From: Methanobacteriota archaeon
Lineage (GTDB): Archaea; JAADCQ01; Methanopyri; Methanopyrales; Methanopyraceae
Length of the DNA stretch: 64,000 bases
Reading direction: 5' to 3'
Assembly: GCA_027064425.1 (NCBI GenBank)
Contig: JAMOPO010000052.1
Location: 140,521-204,520, forward strand
The position numbers and the translations under genes are program-made. Shown here piece after piece: positions 37,344 through 46,611 of this stretch. Position 1 is the stretch's first letter, and each line of letters starts with the position of its first letter. Under the pieces are notes generated by a model. The model was not told where the DNA came from and did not search any database. It was given only the letters and a program-made list of their open reading frames with translations.

Positions 37344-38742
37344 GAGCCTGAAGAACGCGCTCGAGGAGCTGGCTGGTAAGTCGGACTCGAACATCGAGGG
37401 ACTGGTGGAGGCGCTGGACGACCTGATCACGCTGATGGAGAAGACCGGGGTGAAGGACCTCCGCGACCTCATCGAGGAGTTCAAGGACCTCAAGCAGGAG
37501 AAGAAGCGCCTGGAGGAGCTCCTGCAGGAGTACTTCAAGCGGCTTGAGGAGCTGGAGCGGAAGCTGAAGGCGCAGGAGGAGAAGCTCAGGATCGAGGCGC
37601 GGCGCCGGAAGACGCTGGAGAAGGAGCTGGAGATGGAGCGGGACGAGAAGGCCGAGCTGCGGGAGGAGCTCCGGCGGAAGGAGGTGATGATCGAGAAGCT
37701 CCGGAACGACCTGCAGCGGCTGAAGAAGCCGCCGCTGATCGTGGGCACGGTGGAGGAGGTGCTCGACGACGGCCGCGTCATCGTCAAGAGCTCGACCGGG
37801 CCGAAGTTCGTCTCGAACGTCAGCCCAACCGTGGACAAGGACAAGATCGAGCCGGGCGCGAACGTGGCGCTGAACCAGCAGAGCATGGCCGTCGTCGACG
37901 TGCTGCCCTCGGAGAAGGACCCGCGGGTCACGGCCATGGAGGTGGAGGAGGATCCGGACGTCACGTACGACGACATCGGCGGCCTCGACAAGCAGATCCA
38001 AGAGATCCGAGAGGTCGTGGAGAAGCCGCTCAAGGAGCCCGAGCTGTTCGAGAAGGTCGGCGTCGAGCCGCCGAAGGGCGTGCTCCTGTACGGACCGCCC
38101 GGCACGGGTAAGACCCTGCTCGCCCGCGCGGTCGCTCACCACGCGGACGCGACGTTCATCCGGCTCGCCGCGCCCGAGCTCGTCCAGAAGTTCATCGGCG
38201 AGGGTGCCCGGCTGGTGCGCGAGCTGTTCGAGCTGGCTCGGGAGAAGGCTCCGAGCATCATCTTCATCGACGAGATCGACGCCATCGGCGCCCGACGCAT
38301 GCGGGACGCCACGAGCGGCGACCGCGAGGTGCAGCGGACGCTGACGCAGCTCCTGGCCGAGATGGACGGCTTCGACCCGCTCGACGACATCAAGGTCATC
38401 GCCGCGACCAACCGGAAGGACATCCTGGACCCGGCACTGCTCCGGCCCGGCCGGTTCGACCGGCACATCAAGATCCCGCTGCCGGACGAGGAGGGCCGCT
38501 ACGAGATCTTCAAGATCCACACGCGGGACATGAACCTCGCCGACGACGTCGACCTGCGGAAGCTGGCCAAGATGACGGAGGGCGCCTCGGGCGCCGACAT
38601 CAAGGCGATCTGCACCGAGGCCGGTATGATGGCCATCCGCGAGGACCGGGACGTCGTCACCATGCGCGACTTCGTGAAGGCCGTCGAGCGCGTCCTGGGC
38701 CAGCGAGAGGAGGAGGGAGAGTACAAGCGGGCGTACCACTAA
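37279..38742 (+). CDS. pan: Proteasome-activating nucleotidase
   Basis: Coiled coil, [30 protein letters not shown]. Alternative start at ATG 37435. Confidence 0.96.
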   Translation: MADDLDSLLPKTSESTSLSTLKSLKNALEELAGKSDSNIEGLVEALDDLITLMEKTGVKDLRDLIEEFKDLKQEKKRLEELLQEYFKRLEELERKLKAQEEKLRIEARRRKTLEKELEMERDEKAELREELRRKEVMIEKLRNDLQRLKKPPLIVGTVEEVLDDGRVIVKSSTGPKFVSNVSPTVDKDKIEPGANVALNQQSMAVVDVLPSEKDPRVTAMEVEEDPDVTYDDIGGLDKQIQEIREVVEKPLKEPELFEKVGVEPPKGVLLYGPPGTGKTLLARAVAHHADATFIRLAAPELVQKFIGEGARLVRELFELAREKAPSIIFIDEIDAIGARRMRDATSGDREVQRTLTQLLAEMDGFDPLDDIKVIAATNRKDILDPALLRPGRFDRHIKIPLPDEEGRYEIFKIHTRDMNLADDVDLRKLAKMTEGASGADIKAICTEAGMMAIREDRDVVTMRDFVKAVERVLGQREEEGEYKRAYH

Positions 38743-38787
38743 GGCACCACCGGCCCCCGCTCACCCAACGCCCCTCCGGAACACCGG

Positions 38788-38847
38788 GAATGAAGAGGCG
38801 GTTGCTGGCGGACCGGGAAGGGATGATGAGTAGTGGGCGAGCGGACC
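38788..38847 (+). ncRNA. Box C/D sRNA with CGGA D boxes
   Basis: C AUGAAGA, 12-nt guide, CGGA, C' AUGAUGA, 12-nt guide, CGGA. Targets not recognised. Confidence 0.6.
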
Positions 38848-39513
38848 TACCTGCGCGTCGGAAACCTCACCATCCGAGCCTACCCGCCGGATGAGGCCGT
38901 CGAGACCGTGCGCCGACTAGCCTCCGAGCTCGACACCGACGCCCCGGGTGAGCTGAAGGAGGCCGTCCCGGTCGACCTCCTCCAGTCCGACTTCTTCTCG
39001 CCCGAGGCCCGCGTTCTGATCGCCCACTCCGACCGCGGTCCCATCGGCTGCGTCGGCGCCGACCCCGACACCTCCAGGCACCCGCACAACGTCTTCGGCC
39101 TGGTCGTCTCACCACGGGTCCGCAACCGTTACCAGACGGGGCATCTGCTCCTCGCCGCCGCGCTGCGCTTCCTGCGAGAGTCCGGGACCGAGGTCGCCCG
39201 GACCACCCCCATTCGGAGGGCCCTACCGTTCTTCACGGGGATCCGCGCCGACCCGACCCACGTCTGGAAGGAACTCGACCTTCGAGTAAAGTGGTACCGG
39301 CGGACCCGCGACGACGCCTTCTTGGACCTGTCCAGGGTGCCCGAGGAGCTGCGCGAGGAGCTCCTCTTGATGCGAGTAGAGACCGTGGACGCCCCGCGGG
39401 AGCCCACACCGTTCCACCGCCTGGACCCGGAGAGGCCCGTGCACACCTTCCGGTCGGGCGTGAGAGGATTCACCCTCACGGCCCGGCTGGGGGGAGCCGG
39501 AGGTGGAGGTTAG
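38833..39513 (+). CDS. GNAT-like acetyltransferase
   Basis: PIGCVG, LVVSPRVRNRYQTGHLLL, ALPFF. Confidence 0.55.
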   Translation: MGERTYLRVGNLTIRAYPPDEAVETVRRLASELDTDAPGELKEAVPVDLLQSDFFSPEARVLIAHSDRGPIGCVGADPDTSRHPHNVFGLVVSPRVRNRYQTGHLLLAAALRFLRESGTEVARTTPIRRALPFFTGIRADPTHVWKELDLRVKWYRRTRDDAFLDLSRVPEELREELLLMRVETVDAPREPTPFHRLDPERPVHTFRSGVRGFTLTARLGGAGGGG

Positions 39514-40222
39514 CATCATCCTGCCGACGTACAACGAGCGCGAGAACCTGCCCAGGATCGTCCCGGAGATCGAGCGGGTGATCGACCGCGAAGGTTGGGA
39601 CGCGGAGATCCTAGTCGTGGACGATGACTCACCGGACGGGACCGCGGAGGTGGCCAAGGAGCTGGCGGAGGAGTACGGCAACATCCGCGTCATCGTTCGC
39701 AAGGAGCGGCCCGGGCTGGGACTCGCCTACCGCCGAGGCTTCCGGGAGGCGGAGGGTGACGTCGTCGTCTGCATGGACGCCGACGGTCAGCACCCGCCCG
39801 AGCACCTGCCGGACATCGTGAACCCGGTCCTCGACGGAGAGTGTGACTTCGGGCTGGGTTCTCGGTACGTGGAGGGGGCTCGGGTCGAAAACTTCCCGTG
39901 GTACCGCCGGCTGAACTCCTGGGGCGCGCGGCTCGTAGCCAAGCTCCTCCTGAGGCTCCCCTACCGCGACCCTACCAGCGGCTTCCGGGCCATTCGGCGG
40001 GAGATCCTGGAGGAGGGGAGACCGTTCGTCTCCGAGGGCTTCGAGATCCAGGTGGAGACGCTGGCCAAGGCTCACCACCTCGGGTACGAGGTTCGGGAGG
40101 TCCCATTCACGTTCAAGCCCCGGGAGCGGGGGTCCTCGAACGTCGACCTCCAGCAGATCCTGCGCTACCTGCGCGGCGTGCTGAGAATCCGCAGGGACCT
40201 TCGTCAGCGGGGTCTCCTGTAA
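39503..40222 (+). CDS. Polyprenol-phosphate hexosyltransferase (GT2, DPM1-like)
   Basis: ILPTYNERENL, VDDDSPDGT, MDADGQHPP, GSRY, DPTSGFRA. Confidence 0.93.
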   Translation: MEVSIILPTYNERENLPRIVPEIERVIDREGWDAEILVVDDDSPDGTAEVAKELAEEYGNIRVIVRKERPGLGLAYRRGFREAEGDVVVCMDADGQHPPEHLPDIVNPVLDGECDFGLGSRYVEGARVENFPWYRRLNSWGARLVAKLLLRLPYRDPTSGFRAIRREILEEGRPFVSEGFEIQVETLAKAHHLGYEVREVPFTFKPRERGSSNVDLQQILRYLRGVLRIRRDLRQRGLL

Positions 40223-40264
40223 ACGATATATCAGGCGTCCCCGTCGGCCCGCCCGGGCCCCGCG

Positions 40265-41602
40265 ATGCGCGTGGTGGTCGTCGGCGGAGGGGCGGCCGGC
40301 ATCACCGCCGCCCGAACCGCCCGGGAGCTGGGCGCGGAGGTCACGCTGATCACCGAGGACGATCGAGTCGCGTACTCCCCCTGCGCCATCCCGTTCGTTC
40401 TTTCGGGTGAGATCGAGGACGCCGATTCCATCGTCATGCGAGACCCGGAGTACTACGAGCGGCTGGGCATCAACCTGAGGCTCGAGACGAGGGTTGAGGA
40501 GGTGGACCCGGAGGAGGGGATCGTTGAGACCGAGGACGAGACGTTCGAGTTCGACGCGGCGGTCCTGGCCGTGGGTGGGGAGCCACTGATCCCTCCCATC
40601 GAGGGGTCGGACCTCGACGGCGTCCTCACCGTCCGCTGGTTCTCGGACATCGAGCGGCTGGAGCGGGCCGTTCAGTCCGCCGAGCGGGCGGTGGTGGTCG
40701 GGGCCGGCCCCATCGGCGTTGAGATGGCGCACGCGCTGCGCAGCCGCGGGCTCGAAGTAACCCTGGTCGAGATGCTGGATCGAGTCCTCCCCCAGCTGCT
40801 GGACGGCGACACCGCCGCGGAGCTGCAAGAGGTGATGGAGAAGGAGGGCGTCCGGGTCCTGCTGGGCGACCCCGTCGAGAGGATCGAGGGCGACGAGTCG
40901 GTGGAGGCGGTGGTGGTGGGCGGCGAGGAGATCGAGGCGGATCTCGTGGTCATGGCGGCGGGGGTTCGTCCTCGAACCGAGCTCTTTGAGGCGATGGGCG
41001 CCTCGGTTACCCCGTTCGGCGTCGAGGTTGACCCGGCCCTCCGGGTCAAGTCCGAGGATGGGGGCGTCATGGAGGGCGTTTACGCGGCCGGAGACTGCGT
41101 GGCCGACTGGTGCCCGATCACCGGAGAAACCGTGCCCAGCCAGCTCGGGACGGTGGCCGTGCGTCAGGGCCGCATCGCCGGCAGGAACGCCGTCGAGGGG
41201 CCGAAGATCACCTGGCCCGGGACGCTCAACACCGCGGTGGTCTGCGCGTTCGGTCTGGAGGCGGCCGGGTGCGGTCTCACGGAGGCCAGGGCTGAGGAGG
41301 TCGGGATGGAGGTGGTCTCGGCGACCGTCAGCACGACGACTCGGGCCCGGTACTACCCGGGCGGTGAGGAGATCACGGTGAAGCTCATCGCCGACGCTTA
41401 CACCCACCGGATCGTGGGCGCGCAGGCGGTGGGGGGAGAGCGGGTCAGGGAGCGCGTGGACGCGATCGCGCTGGCGATCCGGCTGGGAGCGAAGGTGGAG
41501 GACCTCCTATCGTGGGACTACTCGTACTCGCCCCCGGTCGCCCGGGTGGTGGAACCCTTCTACGAGGCCGCGGAGCGGCTCCGGGAGGAGCTCAAGGGAT
41601 GA
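40265..41602 (+). CDS. NADH oxidase / CoA-disulfide reductase family flavoprotein
   Basis: GGGAAG, YSPCAIP, GAGPIGVE, YAAGDC, YYPG, YSPP. Confidence 0.92.
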   Translation: MRVVVVGGGAAGITAARTARELGAEVTLITEDDRVAYSPCAIPFVLSGEIEDADSIVMRDPEYYERLGINLRLETRVEEVDPEEGIVETEDETFEFDAAVLAVGGEPLIPPIEGSDLDGVLTVRWFSDIERLERAVQSAERAVVVGAGPIGVEMAHALRSRGLEVTLVEMLDRVLPQLLDGDTAAELQEVMEKEGVRVLLGDPVERIEGDESVEAVVVGGEEIEADLVVMAAGVRPRTELFEAMGASVTPFGVEVDPALRVKSEDGGVMEGVYAAGDCVADWCPITGETVPSQLGTVAVRQGRIAGRNAVEGPKITWPGTLNTAVVCAFGLEAAGCGLTEARAEEVGMEVVSATVSTTTRARYYPGGEEITVKLIADAYTHRIVGAQAVGGERVRERVDAIALAIRLGAKVEDLLSWDYSYSPPVARVVEPFYEAAERLREELKG

Positions 41603-42111
41603 ACCTGCGCCGTGATCTCCTCGCCGCCTTTTCCTCGCTGATGGCGCTGGTCGTGATGGAATCATTCACGGGGTTCACCCTGGAGGCGCTGAAGGCCAAG
41701 TGGGCCAGGCACCCGGAGCTGCTGGCGATGCTGCCCGCGCTGATGGACTTTCGCGGGAACGTCGCCCTGGCTCACTCCGCCAGGATGACCACCGCGGAGC
41801 ACCTGGGAGACTCGCGCCGGGTCATGATGGGCTCCGCGGCCGCGCTCCTAACGAGCTTCTTCGTGCCGCCCATCATCGCGCTCGTGACGCACTGGTCCTA
41901 CGGTGGCAGTCTCAGCACGCTGGTCGCGGTGGCGCTGCTGACGGTCCTCTCCGTGGCCGCCGCGGTGACCCCGGCCACGATCGGCGTGGTGAGGATCGCC
42001 GTGAGGTGGGGCGTGGACCCGGACAGGGTGGCGCCCGCCGTGACGACGGCGCTGTCCGACGTACTCACCGTCGTCCTCCTGTTCACCCTGGCGGAGGTGA
42101 TCTTCCGTTGA
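41599..42111 (+). CDS. MgtE/SLC41-type membrane domain protein
   Basis: LPALMDFRGNV, GVDPD.V...TT.LSD. Confidence 0.8.
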   Translation: MNLRRDLLAAFSSLMALVVMESFTGFTLEALKAKWARHPELLAMLPALMDFRGNVALAHSARMTTAEHLGDSRRVMMGSAAALLTSFFVPPIIALVTHWSYGGSLSTLVAVALLTVLSVAAAVTPATIGVVRIAVRWGVDPDRVAPAVTTALSDVLTVVLLFTLAEVIFR

Positions 42112-42620
42112 GGCGGGAACTGCTGAGCGTCCTGGCCTCGATGCTTCTGGTGTCCGCCCTGCTGGCCGCCTGGAGCTCCTACGTGGGGTCCTTTTTGGCC
42201 CGGCTCGAGGCCAAGCTGGAGCACAACCCCGGGCTGGCGGCCGTGCTGCCGGTGCTTATGGCCACCACCGGGGCGGCGGCCGCGTCCTTCGGCAGCAAGC
42301 TCTCCACCCGCGTCCACCTCGGCACGGTCAGCGCCCGCAGGCTGGTGTACGACGCCGCCGTTCAGGCACTCGCGCTGATCCTGGCCATGTCCGCGTACAC
42401 GACCCTGGTCACGACCGTCTTCTCGGGCCAGCTGTCCCTCGTGCGCACGGTTCTAGAGTCCACGGTCCTGACGTACCTGCTCGCGGTGTTCGTTGCGCTG
42501 GTCTCCACTTTCGCGAGCGTGAAGCTGGGCCTCGACCCGGACGACGTGGTGGGTCCCATCGTGACCACGGCGGCCGACTCCGCGGGCATCGTGATCACGC
42601 TACTCCTCTCGCCGGGGTAG
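42108..42620 (+). CDS. MgtE/SLC41-type membrane domain protein (second copy)
   Basis: LPVLMATTG, GSKLSTRVHLG, GLDPDDVVGPIVTT.AD. Confidence 0.8.
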   Translation: MRRELLSVLASMLLVSALLAAWSSYVGSFLARLEAKLEHNPGLAAVLPVLMATTGAAAASFGSKLSTRVHLGTVSARRLVYDAAVQALALILAMSAYTTLVTTVFSGQLSLVRTVLESTVLTYLLAVFVALVSTFASVKLGLDPDDVVGPIVTTAADSAGIVITLLLSPG

Positions 42621-42625
42621 GGACG

Positions 42626-43243
42626 TTGAGCGAGGCCGAGGAGAAGGACATGGAGCGCATCGAGGAGATCCTCAAGCGCCGGACCGTCGTCGACCTGCTG
42701 ACCGAGATGAAGAACCTGGCGCAGCTCTCCGTGGACCTGGCCTACGCCGTGCTGCTGTTCGGCAGCGAGGAGCTGGCCGAGGAGGTGAAGAGGATCGAGT
42801 CCAGGATCGACGAGCTCTCGCTGTCGCTGAAGGCCAAGCTGGCCCTGGCGGTCCGCAGCGTCGAGGACGTGCGGAAACTGCTCCCGCTCATGGAGCTGGC
42901 CCAGTCCATGGAGGTCATCACCGACGCGGCCAACGACGTCGCCGAGACCGTCGCGATGGGCGCCGAGCCGCACCCGATCGTTAAGGAGGCGATCGCGAAG
43001 TCCGAGGAGAAGTTCAAGCTCGTACGCGTGGAGGAGGGGTCCGAGCTCGACGGGCGAACCCTCGGCGAGCTGAAGCTGGCCAGCAAGACGGGGATGCACG
43101 TGGTCGCCATCCGGCGCGGGCGGACCTGGATCGTGGGTCCCGACAAGCACACCGAGATCCGCGCCGGGGACGTGCTCATCGTCCGGGGCCGGGAGGAGGG
43201 GTTCAAGAGGTTGAAGCGCATGGCCCGGGGGTCACCCGAGTGA
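42626..43243 (+). CDS. PhoU + TrkA-C (RCK_C) domain protein
   Basis: EMKNL..L.VDLAY; GRTLGEL..G..VVAIRRG..GDVLIVRG. Confidence 0.85.
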   Translation: MSEAEEKDMERIEEILKRRTVVDLLTEMKNLAQLSVDLAYAVLLFGSEELAEEVKRIESRIDELSLSLKAKLALAVRSVEDVRKLLPLMELAQSMEVITDAANDVAETVAMGAEPHPIVKEAIAKSEEKFKLVRVEEGSELDGRTLGELKLASKTGMHVVAIRRGRTWIVGPDKHTEIRAGDVLIVRGREEGFKRLKRMARGSPE

Positions 43244-43536
43244 GCGAGTGGGAGACTCGACGTGAGAAGATCATCCGACTGCTGACGGAGTCCAAGGAGC
43301 CTCTAACCCTGGACGAGATTGCGGCGATGGTGGGAGAAGAGGACCGCCGCAAGGTCATCGAGGATCTGGAGCACATCGCCAAGACCGTCCGGAAGGAGGG
43401 TAAGCGGCTTCTAATGGAGCCCGCCCGGTGCAACAAGTGCGGCTACGTGTTCAAGAGCGCCCGGGTCCGGCCCCCATCCAGGTGCCCGCGCTGCAAGTCC
43501 GAGTGGATCCAGCCTCCGCGATTCACGATCAGGTAA
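43240..43536 (+). CDS. HTH + Zn-ribbon transcriptional regulator (COG3357-like)
   Basis: TRREKII, EDLEHIAK, CNKCGYVF..PSRCPRCKSEWI. Confidence 0.88.
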   Translation: MSEWETRREKIIRLLTESKEPLTLDEIAAMVGEEDRRKVIEDLEHIAKTVRKEGKRLLMEPARCNKCGYVFKSARVRPPSRCPRCKSEWIQPPRFTIR

Positions 43537-43538
43537 CG

Positions 43539-44123
43539 CTAGGACTCGTGCAGCAGCCTCAGATGGTACTCCAGCTGCCGCCCCCCGACGGGCACGTGCA
43601 GGTAATCCCCGACCACCCGGGCCCGGCCCAAGGTCTCAACACCCGACTCGGTGGCCTTGACGACCTCCAGCTCCTCCGTCACCGCAACCATCTCACCGGG
43701 CCGGGTGAACCCCAGGGGTCGGCACCTCACGCCATCGACCTCCAGGTACCCGGACTGCATGTTGAAGGCGATCCGGTCCCACCGGATCCAAACACCGTCC
43801 CGCTCCCCGGTCACGATCAGGCTCTCGTACGTCCTGACCTCGAAGTTCCGGCCGAAGAACGCCAGGACGTATCTCCCGCGAACCCGCCGGACGTCCAGGT
43901 AGACCTCTCCGACCCGTCGGTGCGGGACCACCGACGGGACCACGATCCCGCGGCCCACCTTCCGCACGCGCACCGGCTCGACCAGCGCACCCTCCTCTGC
44001 GCGCACGGGTACCACGTAATACCCGGCCTTAGACTCTACGGAGACTAAACACATCGTTCCGAACTTCTCCAGCCCCGCCACCCGGCCCAGCTTGACGTAA
44101 TCGTCGTGGGAGCGGGTCATCAC
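43539..44123 (-). CDS. Hypothetical protein
   Basis: AGGAGGTG SD; coupled to the upstream gene. Confidence 0.6.
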   Translation of the reverse strand: MMTRSHDDYVKLGRVAGLEKFGTMCLVSVESKAGYYVVPVRAEEGALVEPVRVRKVGRGIVVPSVVPHRRVGEVYLDVRRVRGRYVLAFFGRNFEVRTYESLIVTGERDGVWIRWDRIAFNMQSGYLEVDGVRCRPLGFTRPGEMVAVTEELEVVKATESGVETLGRARVVGDYLHVPVGGRQLEYHLRLLHES

Positions 44124-44932
44124 CTCCTATTTCCAACCCCCTGCACCGCACCGGAGGCTCCTGCACGTTCTTGGGGACGTACATCATCGAGCACGGCCCC
44201 CTCCACCTCCACGACCCGCTCCACGAGACCCGTCACGATCTCCGAGGTCCTACCCAGCACCACCGCGGGGCTCCAGCTGAACATCCGATAGCCCGTGTTC
44301 CGGGAGGTCAGCACGCCGGCCGCTTCCAGCGCGTCGAGTATCCTCGTCCCCAGGCTGAACCGGCGCAGGTCGGGGCACAGGTCTCGGAGGATCTCCGTGG
44401 CTGAGAGGTAGTCGGAGCGTACCTTCCTCACGTCCCACTCCGCGATCTTGGCCAGGATCCTGGACTTAACCTGCCCCACGAACGAGCGGACGTTCTCCTC
44501 CATCGCGTCCGCCCTCACACCCTCCGCGGCCGGACACTTCCCGTGAGGCGGCCAGGACGTCAGCTCGTCGCCGTCCTCTCCCGACCTTACAAACTCGACC
44601 TCCACTTCGCGGCGCAGGCTGGCCGGGAGGAAGTCCAGGAACACCTGGGAGTACACCAGGAGGGTCGCCTCCTGGGCTCGATCCGCGATCGTAGAGACCA
44701 CGTTGTAAACCTTCGATCGCAGGGTGCGCAGAGGATCCCCATCCGCGCAGCCCAGCCACTCGTGGGCGGCGGGCACGTCGATGTGAGCCACCACCAGCCG
44801 CTCTACATCGGGCTCGATCCCGGCGGTGATCCCCGACAGGGAGGTCGCGTCCGACACGTCGAGGAGCTCACAGTTCTCGGGCAGCGCGCCCTCGGGGTCG
44901 TAACACGGCGGGCAGACTATTACTCTTAGCAC
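44120..44932 (-). CDS. Hypothetical protein (possible C-terminal winged helix)
   Basis: Long ORF immediately downstream of truA. Confidence 0.6.
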   Translation of the reverse strand: MLRVIVCPPCYDPEGALPENCELLDVSDATSLSGITAGIEPDVERLVVAHIDVPAAHEWLGCADGDPLRTLRSKVYNVVSTIADRAQEATLLVYSQVFLDFLPASLRREVEVEFVRSGEDGDELTSWPPHGKCPAAEGVRADAMEENVRSFVGQVKSRILAKIAEWDVRKVRSDYLSATEILRDLCPDLRRFSLGTRILDALEAAGVLTSRNTGYRMFSWSPAVVLGRTSEIVTGLVERVVEVEGAVLDDVRPQERAGASGAVQGVGNRR

Positions 44933-44934
44933 GG

Positions 44935-45705
44935 TTAGCCCTCCCCACCCGTCCTCAGTAACAACTTGCCTCCGTGCAGTATTACATCTTCGCTTGAGAA
45001 CCAGTCCTCCTCCTCATCCAGACGGTCCAAGTTGACGTTCCGGTACTCCACCTTCCAGAGCACCAGCCCGCCCGCGGGCATGCACCTGGGCTTCTCGTCC
45101 GGCCGGTAGTCGCCGGAGAGCAGGCGGTCCGCATCCTCCGGCTCCCGGTCCCCCCGCCCCACCTCCCACACGAACCCCGCCATCCTCCGGACCATCTCCC
45201 ACAGGAACCGCTCGGCCCGGACGCGTAGAACGTAGCGACCGGGAACCCACTCCACGACCTCGCACTCCTCAACGCGCACGCGCGGGTCCCGGCCGTCCTC
45301 CCGCCTGAAGGCCGAGAAGTCGTGCTCACCGACCAGCCTCTCCGCGGCCTCCCGGGCCTCCTCCGGGCGGTCCAGCGGGCCCAGGAAGTACCGGTACTCC
45401 TTAGCCACGGCGTCCCGCCGGGGGTCGAAGCCCGAGGGCACGCGCGCGGTCGCCACCACCCGGATGTCCTCCGGTAGCCGGGCGTTGAGGGCGCCGGGCA
45501 CCGCCCTCTCGATCTCGCCCCTCACCGTCACGACCTGGTAACGCGCGTGAGCTCCGGCGTCCGTCCTCGAGGCGTACCCGACCAGCTCGAGCTTCAGGTC
45601 CGACAGCGCCCGCCTCAGCTCCCCTTCCACCGTGGGCACGTCGGGCTGATACTGAAACCCGTGGTAATTCGTCCCGTCGTAGGCGACTCGGAGGGCCGCG
45701 AGCAC
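44935..45705 (-). CDS. truA: tRNA pseudouridine synthase A
   Basis: AYDGT.YHGFQ.QP, SRTDAGAHA, GEHDFSAF, FLWEMVR. Confidence 0.94.
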   Translation of the reverse strand: MLAALRVAYDGTNYHGFQYQPDVPTVEGELRRALSDLKLELVGYASRTDAGAHARYQVVTVRGEIERAVPGALNARLPEDIRVVATARVPSGFDPRRDAVAKEYRYFLGPLDRPEEAREAAERLVGEHDFSAFRREDGRDPRVRVEECEVVEWVPGRYVLRVRAERFLWEMVRRMAGFVWEVGRGDREPEDADRLLSGDYRPDEKPRCMPAGGLVLWKVEYRNVNLDRLDEEEDWFSSEDVILHGGKLLLRTGGEG

Positions 45706-45711
45706 CTCGGC

Positions 45712-46611
45712 CTACCCCGGCGGCTTGTAGGGCAGCCGCTTGAAGACCTCGATCATCTCGTCCCGGGAGACGATCTCCCGATCACCGAACCGCACGCAGG
45801 GCTCCTCGATGATCTCACCCGCCACGGTGAACGGGCAGTTCTCCTCGAAGGCGATCTCGGCCGCTCGCTCCACGTCGTCCGGGTGAATGCACACCATGAA
45901 AATTCCGAGGTAGCCGGTCCACGTCGAGTACGGCATGGAGCGCAGCACGGCGCCCTTCCGGGCCTTGCCCAGCATCTCCAGCAGGTTACCTAATATCCCG
46001 CCCCGGCTCGCGTCCTTCGCCGCGCTGATGTCGATGCCCTCCCGGATGAACCGAAGGAAGGCGTTGAACTTCACCTTCGCCCGCCGAACCCGCTCGCCCA
46101 CCTCGCCTCGCACCGGTTCACCCAGGAAGACCAGCTTGTCCCCGGGCCGCGCCGTTCCGTCCGGGATCGGCTCCTTGGAGATCAGTCGACCAACCACCGC
46201 CACGGACACGCACGGAACCAGCTCCGGGTGCGACTGCGTGTTCCCGCCCAGGATCTGAATCCCCAGCCCTTCCGCCTGCTTGCGCAGGTCCTCCAGAATC
46301 TCCTCCGCCTGCTCCTCGTCCTCCGCCTGCACGGAGTCGAAAGCCACCAGCGGCTCGCCGCCCGTCACCACCACGTCCGCGGCCGAGTGGATGATCGCCG
46401 TCTTGCGCCCGATCTTCGCCGGGTACGGCCCCTCCATATTGATAACCAGACGCTCGCCGTCCACCTCTATGACCGTCGCGTCGTCTCCCTGGAGCGGCCC
46501 GAGGATCACGTTCCACTCCTCGGGCACCTCGCGAAACAGCCGCCGACAGAAGTTCGTCTCCTCGATGTGCTCCAGCAGCCGCTCCAGGTCCACCTCTGGG
46601 ACCTCGCTCAA
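45712..46611 (-). CDS. AIR synthase-related (PurM/ThiL/HypE family) protein
   Basis: GDDATVI, D....GGEP, ILGGNT, ARPGD, AKDASRGG. Confidence 0.8.
   Translation of the reverse strand: MSEVPEVDLERLLEHIEETNFCRRLFREVPEEWNVILGPLQGDDATVIEVDGERLVINMEGPYPAKIGRKTAIIHSAADVVVTGGEPLVAFDSVQAEDEEQAEEILEDLRKQAEGLGIQILGGNTQSHPELVPCVSVAVVGRLISKEPIPDGTARPGDKLVFLGEPVRGEVGERVRRAKVKFNAFLRFIREGIDISAAKDASRGGILGNLLEMLGKARKGAVLRSMPYSTWTGYLGIFMVCIHPDDVERAAEIAFEENCPFTVAGEIIEEPCVRFGDREIVSRDEMIEVFKRLPYKPPG

Noticed and set aside
45712-46611. SelD or selenoprotein call for the PurM-family gene
   Set aside because: No N-terminal Cys/Sec-x-x-Lys motif and no in-frame TGA.
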